Source of the DNA: Candidatus Eiseniibacteriota bacterium
Lineage (GTDB): Bacteria > Eisenbacteria > RBG-16-71-46
NCBI GenBank assembly: GCA_963707915.1
Contig: OY970178.1
Coordinates: 3,008,001-3,072,000, forward strand
Length of the DNA stretch: 64,000 bases
Reading direction: 5' to 3'
A program made the translations under genes and the position numbers. Within the stretch, counting starts at the first letter, position 1; each line of letters opens with the position of its first letter. The notes under the pieces are model-generated. The model was given only the letters and a program-made list of their open reading frames with translations, was not told the DNA's origin and searched no databases. Shown here piece after piece: positions 49,579 to 58,069 of the stretch.

Positions 49579-50352
49579 ATGCTGAGATACCTGCTCGGCC
49601 GGCTGCGGCGCGGCAGCCACACGCTGCCCGACCTGGCCGCGGTCCCGCCGCTGCCCGAGCGCTACCGCGGCCGGCCCGTGCTCGATCGTGCGCTCTGCCC
49701 GGACGGCTGCCGGGCCTGCGCGGGCGCCGCGCCCACCGGGTTCCTGGAGCCGGATGGCGCCGGCGGGCCCGTGCTGGACCTGGGCGCCTGCCGCTTCAGC
49801 CCCGAGGAGGCCGCGGCGTGCCCGGCCGGTGCGCTCCGGTTCACCGGCGAGCACCGCATGGCCACCTCCACGCGGGCGGCGCTGGTCACGCCCACCGGCG
49901 AGGTCGAGCTGGCGCACGCGCTGGAGGCCTCGGCCCGGCGCCTGTTCGGCCGCTCGCTCCGGCTGCGCTCGGTCGTGGCGGGCAGCTGCGGCGGATGCGA
50001 GCCCGACCTCGCGGTGCTGGGCAACGTGGTGTTCGACCTCGGGCGGTTCGGCATCCAGTTCGTGGCCTCGCCGCGCCACGCCGACGCCATCGTCGTCACC
50101 GGCGCGGTCAACCCGGGCATGCGCCTCGCGCTCGAGAAGACCTGGCAGGCCGTGCCCGCGCCCCGCCTGGTGATCGCCGTCGGCGCCTGCGCCCTCTCCG
50201 GGGGGCCGTTCGCGGCGAGCCCGCAGGGCGGCACCGGCGTGCCGCCCGAGATCCCCGTGGACCTCTGCGTCCCCGGCTGCCCGCCGCACCCGCTCACCCT
50301 GCTGGACGGCCTGCTGCGCCTGCTGGGCAGGCTCGAGCGCGGAGAGCGCTAG
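49579..50352 (+). CDS. Hydrogenase-related small subunit (NuoB/HyfI-like) with a degenerate N-terminal ferredoxin
   Basis: GSCGGCE, ASPRHAD, VGAC, PGCPPHP; N-terminal CPDGCRAC...DLGACRFSPEEAAACP. Confidence 0.87.
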   Translation: MLRYLLGRLRRGSHTLPDLAAVPPLPERYRGRPVLDRALCPDGCRACAGAAPTGFLEPDGAGGPVLDLGACRFSPEEAAACPAGALRFTGEHRMATSTRAALVTPTGEVELAHALEASARRLFGRSLRLRSVVAGSCGGCEPDLAVLGNVVFDLGRFGIQFVASPRHADAIVVTGAVNPGMRLALEKTWQAVPAPRLVIAVGACALSGGPFAASPQGGTGVPPEIPVDLCVPGCPPHPLTLLDGLLRLLGRLERGER

Positions 50353-50496
50353 CGCGGGGGCCGGGAGCGAGCGGGGGCGAGCGCATGGTGCCTCTGCTCC
50401 AAGGTGGAGAACGCCAGCGCGGGGGCCGGGAGCGAGCGGGGGCGAGCGCATGGTGCCTCTGCTCGCCCCCGCTCGCTCCCGGCCCCCGCTCCACCT
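50351..50496. repeat. 49-bp direct duplication plus a perfect 29-bp inverted repeat (REP/MITE-like or bidirectional terminator)
   Basis: 50351-50399 is identical to 50416-50464; arms 50419-50447 and 50461-50489 are exact reverse complements around a 13-nt loop. Confidence 0.85.
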
Positions 50497-50562
50497 CATT
50501 CGCGCAATCGGGGTGCGGTCAACACGCGCTTGGAGTGCGCTCGGCGCGCGGTCGGCAGACGC

Positions 50563-51210
50563 TCAGCGCGCGGTCGCCACCTCGACGCCGCGCTCGCGCA
50601 GCAGCTCGCGGATCTTGGTCTTCACCAGGTCGATGGCCACCTTGTTGTGGCCGCCCTCGGGGATGATGACGTCGGCCCAGCGCTTCGACGGCTCCACGAA
50701 CTGCATGTGCATCGGCCGCACGCTCTCCTCGTACTGGCGGATGATGCTGTCCACCGAGCGCCCGCGCTCCACCAGGTCGCGCCGCAGGCGGCGGATGAAG
50801 CGCACGTCGGCGTCCGCGTCGATGAACAGCTTGATGTCCATCGCCGCGCGCAGTTCGGCGTCCGTGAAGATGAGGATGCCCTCGAGCACGATGATGAGGT
50901 GCTCGCCGATGTGACGCGTCTCGGCCAGGCGGCGGTGGTCGGCGTAGTCGTAGATCGGCTGTTCGACCGGCTCGCCCGCCAGCAGCTTGCGGACGTGGCT
51001 CGTGAGCATCCCGTTGTCGAAGGCGTCGGGGTGGTCGAAGTTGCGGGCCTCGCGGTCGAGGAAGGGGATGCTCTCGAGGTTCTTGTAGTAGGAGTCCTGG
51101 TCGATGATGACGACCCGGTCGGACCCCAGGTCGCGCACGATGTTCCGTGCGACCAGCGTCTTGCCGGAACCCGACCCGCCGGCGATCCCGATGAGGATTC
51201 GTCCCACCAT
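50563..51210 (-). CDS. udk: Uridine kinase
   Basis: GIAGGSGSGKT, QDSYYK, NFDHPDAFD, LEGIL, RRLRRDLVERGR, FVEPSKRWADVIIP. Confidence 0.95.
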   Translation of the reverse strand: MVGRILIGIAGGSGSGKTLVARNIVRDLGSDRVVIIDQDSYYKNLESIPFLDREARNFDHPDAFDNGMLTSHVRKLLAGEPVEQPIYDYADHRRLAETRHIGEHLIIVLEGILIFTDAELRAAMDIKLFIDADADVRFIRRLRRDLVERGRSVDSIIRQYEESVRPMHMQFVEPSKRWADVIIPEGGHNKVAIDLVKTKIRELLRERGVEVATAR

Positions 51211-51219
51211 CGGGACCGC

Positions 51220-51249
51220 AAGGTAGCAGCCGGCGCGTGCGAGGGTCAA
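51220..51249 (-). promoter_or_regulatory. Promoter TTGACC-N18-TACCTT, ending 9 nt before the udk ATG
   Basis: Hexamers at 51244-51249 and 51220-51225, with an extended TG. Confidence 0.55.
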
Positions 51250-51286
51250 CGAGGCGCCCGCGGGCGCCCCGTCCGGCCGCCGCGGA

Positions 51287-52645
51287 TCAGGGCTTCGGCA
51301 TGAGCAGCAGGACCACCTGGCGCCACGGCTCGCGCAGCCGGTTGGTCCAGAAGCCGAACTTCGGCGACACGTCGGCGTCGAACCGGCGGCGGTACTCGGT
51401 CCAGAACACCTCGTTCCCCCACAGCGCCTGCGAGGCGAGCGAGGTGCACAGCACGTTGAGCGCCGCCGGGTCGCGCTGCACGCCCTCGAGCAGCGCGGCG
51501 GGCATCGGACCGCCCATCATCCAGAGCAGGTTGTGGCGGAGGCCCGCGTAGCTCTCGGCCGGGATGGGCCGGTCGAGCAGCTCGCCGATGGTCCACGACA
51601 GCATCTCCGGGATGCTTCGCGGATCGAGGGCCTGGGCCGCGGCGGCCGGCGGGTAGAAGCGCACGAAGTCCGGGTCGTCCAGCAGCGAGTACTGGAAGCG
51701 CGTGGTGAGCGGCGGCTCGGGCGGGCCCCACGACTGCTTGGCCTGTCCGCCGAGCAGCAGGATGGCCATCTGGAACGACGGGTGGAGCGTGTCGGAGAGC
51801 GCGGGGGCCACCAGGCCCAGCACGGCCGCCGGCCGGCCCACCCCGGGCTGCGCCAGGACGACCGTGACCGAGTCGAGGCGCGCGGCCGGGGGGGCGGGCA
51901 GGCGTTCGCCCGCGGGCAGGGAGCCGAACTCGCTGTCGACGATGGACCGCAGGTCCAGGCCCGAGAGGTTGCCGACCAGCGCGAGCACGCCGTTCGCCGG
52001 GACGTAGGCCCGGGCCATCGCCTGGCGCACGCTGGCGGGCGTCTCGCGGTCCAGGTTCCTGGCCGCGGCCAGCGCGGCGATGGCGTCCCGGTCCAGGCCG
52101 CGCGCATACTCGCGCACCTGCCAGTAGAGCACCTGGTCCGCGGTGCCGGCGTAGCGCTCGGCGAGCATGCGGTGCACCGTGACGAGCGCGGCGCGCAGGT
52201 CGGCGTCCGACACCGTCACGCCGCGCATCCGGTCGGCGACCTGGCGCAGCACGCCGGGGAGCTGGGCGGTCGTGGCGGTCTCGTTGAACAGCGTCTGGCG
52301 GCGGCTCACGCGCAGGCTCCAGCCCTGCGGGCGGAGGCTCGCCATCTCGTCGCGCGTGCGCTCGGGCCCGCCGCCCGCCGGTGCGGTGAAGGCCACCTCG
52401 GCCATCAGCGAGGCCAGCCCCGGGCGGTCGGCCGGATCGTAGTCCTGCCCGATGTGGTAGCCCCAGGTGATGGCGACCGCGCGGGCGCCGGGCACGTCGC
52501 GCGTCACGACCTCGAGGCCGTTGGGCAGCGTCCAGCGGTCCATGGTGGTGCCGTCGTCGAGCTTGACGGGCTCGGCCAGGGCGGCCCGCGCCGCGAACAG
52601 CGCGCACAGCACCGGCAGCAGGATACGGATCGTGGGTCGGCTCAC
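51287..52645 (-). CDS. Exported M16 (insulinase-family) peptidase-like protein, probably non-catalytic
   Basis: Signal peptide; WTLPNGLEV, DPADRPGLA, YVPANGVLALVGN; the HxxEH motif is replaced (ASLMAEV); GTG after GAGGAG. Confidence 0.75.
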   Translation of the reverse strand: MSRPTIRILLPVLCALFAARAALAEPVKLDDGTTMDRWTLPNGLEVVTRDVPGARAVAITWGYHIGQDYDPADRPGLASLMAEVAFTAPAGGGPERTRDEMASLRPQGWSLRVSRRQTLFNETATTAQLPGVLRQVADRMRGVTVSDADLRAALVTVHRMLAERYAGTADQVLYWQVREYARGLDRDAIAALAAARNLDRETPASVRQAMARAYVPANGVLALVGNLSGLDLRSIVDSEFGSLPAGERLPAPPAARLDSVTVVLAQPGVGRPAAVLGLVAPALSDTLHPSFQMAILLLGGQAKQSWGPPEPPLTTRFQYSLLDDPDFVRFYPPAAAAQALDPRSIPEMLSWTIGELLDRPIPAESYAGLRHNLLWMMGGPMPAALLEGVQRDPAALNVLCTSLASQALWGNEVFWTEYRRRFDADVSPKFGFWTNRLREPWRQVVLLLMPKP

Positions 52646-52811
52646 TTGGGCTCCTCGTCTGGGACGGTGTCCGCCGCCGGGGTGGGCGCGCGCGGGCCTC
52701 CATTCTAGAGGCTTCGGGCACGCCGCGCATCCCGGCGGGACGCGGCTCCGGCGCGGACGCCCGCGCCTGCCGGTCACGCCTCGCGGCGCGGCGCGGCGCC
52801 GGCGCGAGCGC

Positions 52812-52840
52812 TTGACCCCTCCGGTCGCGCTCCCTAGACT
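52812..52840 (+). promoter_or_regulatory. Promoter TTGACC-N17-TAGACT, ending 9 nt before the rpiB ATG
   Basis: Hexamers at 52812-52817 and 52835-52840; no SD. Confidence 0.6.
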
Positions 52841-52849
52841 CGCGCTCCC

Positions 52850-53410
52850 ATGCACGAACACGACGAATCCGAGGTCCGCCGCCTGGTTCGGGAGGCCGTG
52901 GACCGCTCGCTGGGCCCGGAGCCGGCCGCCACCCCGCGGCCCGCGGGCGCGGTGGGCCGCCGGGTCGCCCTCGGCTCGGACCACGGCGGGTTCGAGCTCA
53001 AGGAGGTGCTCCGCCAGTACATCGCGGAGGAGCTGGGCTGGGACGTCCACGACTGCGGCACGCACTCGACCGACGCGGTGGACTACCCCGACTACGCCGC
53101 CGCGGTGGCGCGCGAGGTCGCGGCCGGCCGCTGCCGCCTCGGCATCGTGGTGGACGCGGCGGGCATCGGCTCGGCGATGGCGGCGAACAAGATCGCCGGC
53201 GTGCGCTGCGCGGTCGGCCACGACGACCGCACCGTGGTCAACAGCCGCGAGCACAACGACGCCAACGTGCTCTCGCTCGGCGCGCGCATCGTGAACCGGG
53301 GGCTCGCGCAGCGGCTCGCGCGCCTGTTCCTCAAGACTCCCTTCGCCGGCGGCCGCCACGAGCGCCGGGTGCAGAAGATCATGGCGCTCGAGCGCGGCTC
53401 CGGCCGGTAG
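52850..53410 (+). CDS. rpiB: Ribose-5-phosphate isomerase B family protein
   Basis: ALGSDHGGFELK, VDYPDYA, AANKIAGVRCA, SREHNDANVL, GGRHERRV. Confidence 0.92.
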   Translation: MHEHDESEVRRLVREAVDRSLGPEPAATPRPAGAVGRRVALGSDHGGFELKEVLRQYIAEELGWDVHDCGTHSTDAVDYPDYAAAVAREVAAGRCRLGIVVDAAGIGSAMAANKIAGVRCAVGHDDRTVVNSREHNDANVLSLGARIVNRGLAQRLARLFLKTPFAGGRHERRVQKIMALERGSGR

Positions 53411-53448
53411 CGACGCCCCGGACCCCACACCCCGACCCCACGAGGCCC

Positions 53449-54525
53449 ATGCGAATCACCGAGCGAGTCATCCGGCGGTTGCCCAAGACCGACCTGCACT
53501 GCCACCTCGACGGCTGCCTGCGCCCGAGCACCGTGCTCGAGTTGGCCCGGGCGCAGGACGTGAAGCTGCCGACGTACAGCCTGGCGCAGCTCACCAAAGT
53601 GCTGAAGGCGGGCAAGCGCACGCGCAACCTCGGTGAGTACCTCAAGATCTTCGATCTCACGCTGGCGGTGATGCAGGAGAAGGAGGCGCTCTACCGGGTC
53701 GCCTACGAGCTGGCCGAGGACGCCGCCGCGGAGAACGTCTGCCACCTCGAGGTGCGCTACTCGCCGATCCTGCACCGCAAGCGGAAGCTCCGCTTCGAGG
53801 ACATCGTGGACACGGTCATCGCCGGACTGCACGACGCGGGCAGCAAGTTCGGCATGACCACCGGCGTGATCATCTGCGGCATCCGCTCGATGGACCCGAA
53901 GTTCTCGCTGGCGCTGGCCGAGCTGGCCGTGGCCTACAAGGGCAAGGGCGTGCTCGCCTTCGACCTGGCGGGGCAGGAGAAGGACTACCCGGCCAAGGCG
54001 CACCGCGCGGCGTTCGAGCTGATCCTCAAGAACAACATCAACTCGACCGTGCACGCCGGCGAGGCGTTCGGCCCGGCCTCGATCTCCCAGGCGCTGCACT
54101 ACTGCGGGGCGCACCGCATCGGGCACGGCACCCTGCTGCTCCAGGACCGGGACCTGATGCAGTACGTCAACGACCACCGCATCCCGCTCGAGATGTGCCT
54201 GACCTCGAACCTGCAGACCGGCGCGGTGCAGAACATGAAGGAGCACCCGCTCGGCATGTACTTCCGGCAGGGCCTGCGCGTCACCGTGAACACCGACAAC
54301 CGGCTGATGTCCGACACCACCGTGACGGACGAGATCAAGCTCGCGGCGCGCGCGTTCCGCCTCAGCCCCTACGAGGTCAAGCGGCTCATCATCAACGGGT
54401 TCAAGAGCTCCTTCCTGCCCTACGCGGCCAAGGCCCGGCGCCTGCGCGAGGTCAACCTCGAGACGGACCGGATCTTCATGGAGGAGTTCCCCGACGAGTA
54501 CGACCGGCGCCTGACGAGCTTCTGA
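53449..54525 (+). CDS. add: Adenosine deaminase
   Basis: LPKTDLHCHLDG, EVRYSP, DLAG, HAGE, RIGHG, EMCLTSN, NTDN. Confidence 0.93.
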   Translation: MRITERVIRRLPKTDLHCHLDGCLRPSTVLELARAQDVKLPTYSLAQLTKVLKAGKRTRNLGEYLKIFDLTLAVMQEKEALYRVAYELAEDAAAENVCHLEVRYSPILHRKRKLRFEDIVDTVIAGLHDAGSKFGMTTGVIICGIRSMDPKFSLALAELAVAYKGKGVLAFDLAGQEKDYPAKAHRAAFELILKNNINSTVHAGEAFGPASISQALHYCGAHRIGHGTLLLQDRDLMQYVNDHRIPLEMCLTSNLQTGAVQNMKEHPLGMYFRQGLRVTVNTDNRLMSDTTVTDEIKLAARAFRLSPYEVKRLIINGFKSSFLPYAAKARRLREVNLETDRIFMEEFPDEYDRRLTSF

Positions 54526-54564
54526 GCGGCGTCGGCAGTCGTCACCCGCGGTGCCCGCCTGGGG

Positions 54565-54645
54565 GCTGCCGCGACGTCCGGGCACGTCCCGGCCGATCCG
54601 AGGCACCGTGCGCTCGGCCAGAACGCGCCCGGACGTCGCGGCAGC
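54565..54645. terminator. Long imperfect hairpin between the convergent add and DUF4337 genes
   Basis: GCTGCCGCGACGTCCGGGCACGT and ACGCGCCCGGACGTCGCGGCAGC pair at 22 of 23 positions; inner GGCCGA/TCGGCC pairing; no U-tract. Confidence 0.55.
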
Positions 54646-54699
54646 TGCGCGGGGGCGGTCCTGCTCGCACCCCGGGCCGTCACTTCCCCTGGCGGTGGC

Positions 54700-55239
54700 T
54701 CAGCGCCCGATCAGGAGGAACCCGTTGGCGAAGTACCACAGCCCGATCGAGCCGGACAGGAGCCCGAGCAGCCAGAGCGGCTTCTTCCTCAGCAGGGCCG
54801 CGACCGAGGAGAGCAGGATCGCCACCTGCAGGTAGATGACCGCCATCCCGAAGGTCTGGGAGTGCACGGTCGCGTCGTCGCGCACCGCCTCGAAGCGCTT
54901 CGCCTCGGCCTGGATCTCCGTCTTCTCCTGCTCGTAGCGCGCGAGCTTCTCGCGATAGGCCGCCAGGCGCTTCTCGACCTGCGCCCGCACCGCCGGCGAC
55001 TGGCGGGCGCCGTCCGCCTGCTGCCCCAGCTCGAGCTCCTCCTTCTGGATCTCGTAGAGGTAGCCCTTGATGCTCTTGGACTGGTAGTAGGCCCACTGGT
55101 TGGCGGCCTTCGTCTGGCTGAGCACCGAGCGCGTCGAGTACGAGCCGCCCTTGAAGGTCGAGAGCGTCGCGCAGACCGCCAGGATCACGGTGGTGAGCGC
55201 CAGCCAGTTGAGCCAGGGTTCCTTCTTCTCGTCGGCCAT
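54700..55239 (-). CDS. DUF4337-family membrane protein
   Basis: WLALTTVILAVCA, ANQWAYYQSKSIK, coiled coil, LQVAILLSSVAAL. Confidence 0.8.
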   Translation of the reverse strand: MADEKKEPWLNWLALTTVILAVCATLSTFKGGSYSTRSVLSQTKAANQWAYYQSKSIKGYLYEIQKEELELGQQADGARQSPAVRAQVEKRLAAYREKLARYEQEKTEIQAEAKRFEAVRDDATVHSQTFGMAVIYLQVAILLSSVAALLRKKPLWLLGLLSGSIGLWYFANGFLLIGR

Positions 55240-55259
55240 GGATCCTCTCGAAGGGTCCG

Positions 55260-57500
55260 CTAGGGCCGCGCGACGGCGGCCGCCCAGCGGTTGAGGAGCC
55301 GCAACGCCCGGTCGGCGGTGCGGAACGTCGGCACGCCGCCCTGCTCGAGCCGGGCGGCCATCGGGTCGTATAGGCTCCCGGCGTCCACCACCGCGACCCA
55401 GGGCTTCTCGGTCGCGTGGTAGAGCCGCACCAGCCGGTTGGCGATCGAGTCCTCGCGGGCCAGGTCCTCGCCGTGGCCCTCGCCCCGGGCGAGCGTGTTG
55501 AGCGCCATGGTCATGGGCACGCAGCCGACCAGGCCCAGGTCCACGCCCGCGTCGGCCAGCACCTGCCGCGCGATCTCCTCGTAGTCGGCGTCGCCGACGA
55601 TGGGCGTGAGGTCCATCGGGTCGTGCACGCTGACGATCTCGGCGATGCGCGCGCGCTTCAGCACGTCGCCCAGCGCGGCGACCGTGGCGGGGGAGAAGTC
55701 GGCGAGCGTGAACGCGCCGAGGTTGTCGGCGATCGCCACGCACTCGAAGCCGGCGTTGGAGAGCGCGCCGAGCCGCCGTCCGGCGGGGCGGCGCCCGCCG
55801 AGCGCGACGAACAGGCGCACCAGGTCCTCGAAGTCCTCGAGCGTGTCGGCCAGCACGACGCCCGCGGCCTCGGCCAGCCGCCGGGTCACCGCGTAGTCGC
55901 CCGCCACCGAGGCGGTGTGGCTCGCGGCCGCGGCGGCGCCGGCGCTGGTGCGGCCGGCGCGGTAGAGGATGACCGTGCGCCCGCCGGCCACGATCCGGCG
56001 CGCGGTCTCGAGGAAGCGCAGCCCGTCGAGCGGGCGGAAGCCCTCGAGGTAGACGGCGAAGATCCCGACCGCCGGGTCGGCCTCGAGGAAGTCGAGGTAG
56101 TCCGCGGCGGTCAGGTCCATCTGGTTGCCGATGGTCAGGATGACGCGCGGGTTCACCGTCCCGAGCTTGTTCGCCTTCGACACCGCGAAGGCCCCGCTCC
56201 CGGCGATGAACGCCACCGGGCTCTCGGCGCCGCGCGGGAGCGGCAGCTTGTGGTCGGGGATGAACAGCGTGTTGTAGCGCCCCGGCACCGAGCGCACGCC
56301 CAGGCAGTTGCCGCCATTGATGACGGGCCCGCCCCAGGGCGTGGCGCGCGAGTCGGCGATGGCCTGGCGCATGCGCGCGACCAGCGGCTCGCTGCCGGGC
56401 TTCTCCTCGAGCCCGCCCGGGATGAGGATGACGCTCTCGGCGTGCCGGCCCTCGGCGACCGCGGCGATGGCCTCGGGGGCCTGCGCGGCGGAGATGCTGA
56501 GGATGAGCAGGTCCTGCCGCGCGGGCAGGGCCTCGAGCGACGGTACGCACTTCACCCCGTCGATCTGCTCGCTGCCCGGCTTGACGACGGTGATGTCCGC
56601 GGCCGGGAAGCCGTCGGCCAGCAGGTTGCGCAGGATCTGCCGCCCCGGGTTCATGCCCTTCTCCGACACGCCCATCACCGCGGCGGTGCGCGGCTGCAGC
56701 AGCCGCCCGATCTTCGCCACCGGGCGCGGCGCGGGCAGCGGGGACAGCGGTCCGCCGAGCTTGAGCAGGGCGTCGAGCGCGACGAAGCGCCCGTCGGCGA
56801 GCACCAGCGGGTTGATCTCGAACTCGGCGATCGGGTCGGGCACGAAGGCTCCGGCCAGCTCGAGGAAGCGGCCCACGATCTCCGCCAGCCGCGCGAGCGG
56901 CACGAGCGCCGGGCGGCCGCGCCGCGGCTCGGTCAGCAGCCGCACGACCGCGACCCCGGCGAGCGCGCGCTCGATCTCCGCGGGGCCGGCGAGGCCGGGG
57001 GAGAGCAGCGCGAGCGAGCGGTCCTCGCGGATGCTCTGCGCCAGGAACTCGGTGTGGATGCCGCCCGCGCCGAGCGTGACGACCGGTCCGAAGTCGGCGG
57101 TCCAGCGCGTCCCGAGCAGGAGCTCGTGGCCGGGCTCGGCCTGGTGGGGGACGAATTCCACCAGCAGGAAGCCGTCCACGTCCTGCCCGGCGAAGCGCCG
57201 CTCCATCCCGGCGAGGCCGGCGCGCAGCGCGGCGGGCGTGTTCTCGAGGACCTCGACGCCGCGCGCCTCGGTCTTGTGGAGGATCGCCGGCGAGACCACC
57301 TTGAGCACCGCGCGCGTCCCGGGGAACGGCGGCGGGTCGAGCCGCGCCGCGTCCGCGGCTCCGGCGAGCAGGATGCGCCGCGGGACCGGGATGCCGGCGG
57401 CCTCGAGCAGGTCCATGCCCTCCGGCTCGGTCAGCACGCCCGCCGCGCGGTGGCGGGCGTTCGCCAGCAGGTTCGCGATGCGCGTCCGGTCGAGGCTCAT
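55260..57500 (-). CDS. Acetate/acyl-CoA ligase (ADP-forming) family, ATP-grasp domain first
   Basis: VLKVVSPAILHKTE, FGPVV, EINPL, CoA-binding domain (VMGVS, GGNCLG, GNQMDL, YLEG), SHTAS phospho-His, SNAG. Confidence 0.88.
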   Translation of the reverse strand: MSLDRTRIANLLANARHRAAGVLTEPEGMDLLEAAGIPVPRRILLAGAADAARLDPPPFPGTRAVLKVVSPAILHKTEARGVEVLENTPAALRAGLAGMERRFAGQDVDGFLLVEFVPHQAEPGHELLLGTRWTADFGPVVTLGAGGIHTEFLAQSIREDRSLALLSPGLAGPAEIERALAGVAVVRLLTEPRRGRPALVPLARLAEIVGRFLELAGAFVPDPIAEFEINPLVLADGRFVALDALLKLGGPLSPLPAPRPVAKIGRLLQPRTAAVMGVSEKGMNPGRQILRNLLADGFPAADITVVKPGSEQIDGVKCVPSLEALPARQDLLILSISAAQAPEAIAAVAEGRHAESVILIPGGLEEKPGSEPLVARMRQAIADSRATPWGGPVINGGNCLGVRSVPGRYNTLFIPDHKLPLPRGAESPVAFIAGSGAFAVSKANKLGTVNPRVILTIGNQMDLTAADYLDFLEADPAVGIFAVYLEGFRPLDGLRFLETARRIVAGGRTVILYRAGRTSAGAAAAASHTASVAGDYAVTRRLAEAAGVVLADTLEDFEDLVRLFVALGGRRPAGRRLGALSNAGFECVAIADNLGAFTLADFSPATVAALGDVLKRARIAEIVSVHDPMDLTPIVGDADYEEIARQVLADAGVDLGLVGCVPMTMALNTLARGEGHGEDLAREDSIANRLVRLYHATEKPWVAVVDAGSLYDPMAARLEQGGVPTFRTADRALRLLNRWAAAVARP

Positions 57501-58069
57501 GCCGACACCCTCCAGCCCGCCTCGAAGGCGGCGAAGTTCACCTCCAGCGCCCGCTCGCCCTTGGCCCCGAAGGTCTGCCGGATGGCGCCCTCGAACGATT
57601 CGCGGCGCAGCGGCAGCAGGTGGGCCGCGGCGCCGACCATGACGGTGTTCCTGGCCAGCACGTCGCCGGCCTCGCGCGCCAGCCGCTCGGCCTCGACCAG
57701 CACGGTGCGCGGCAGGCGCCGCAGCCGGGCGAGGACCTCGTCCAGCGGCGGGTAGTCCGGGATGTTGACGTGCGGGTCCACCGACGTGACCACCGTGGCC
57801 GCGGGCGAGAGGTACGCCACGTAGCGCAGGCTCTCGAGCGGCTCCATCGAGAGGATCAGGTCGGCGGTGCCGAGCGGGATGAGGTCGCTCGCGACGGTCC
57901 GGTCGGAGAGCCGCAGGTGGGAGAGCACCGCGCCGCCGCGCTGCGCCATCCCGTGCACCTCGGACTGCTTGACGTGGAGCTGCTCGGCCACGGCGGCGCG
58001 CCCGATCAGCGCGGCCAGGGAGAGCACGCCCTGCCCGCCCACGCCCGCCAGCATGATGTCGCACTTCAT
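57497..58069 (-). CDS. iorB: Indolepyruvate:ferredoxin oxidoreductase beta subunit
   Basis: AGVGGQG, SEVHGMAQRGGAV, EPLESLR, NTVMVGA. Confidence 0.92.
   Translation of the reverse strand: MKCDIMLAGVGGQGVLSLAALIGRAAVAEQLHVKQSEVHGMAQRGGAVLSHLRLSDRTVASDLIPLGTADLILSMEPLESLRYVAYLSPAATVVTSVDPHVNIPDYPPLDEVLARLRRLPRTVLVEAERLAREAGDVLARNTVMVGAAAHLLPLRRESFEGAIRQTFGAKGERALEVNFAAFEAGWRVSA

Noticed and set aside
50351..50496. Possible CRISPR array
   Set aside because: Only two 49-bp copies separated by 16 nt, no series of unique spacers, and no cas genes.
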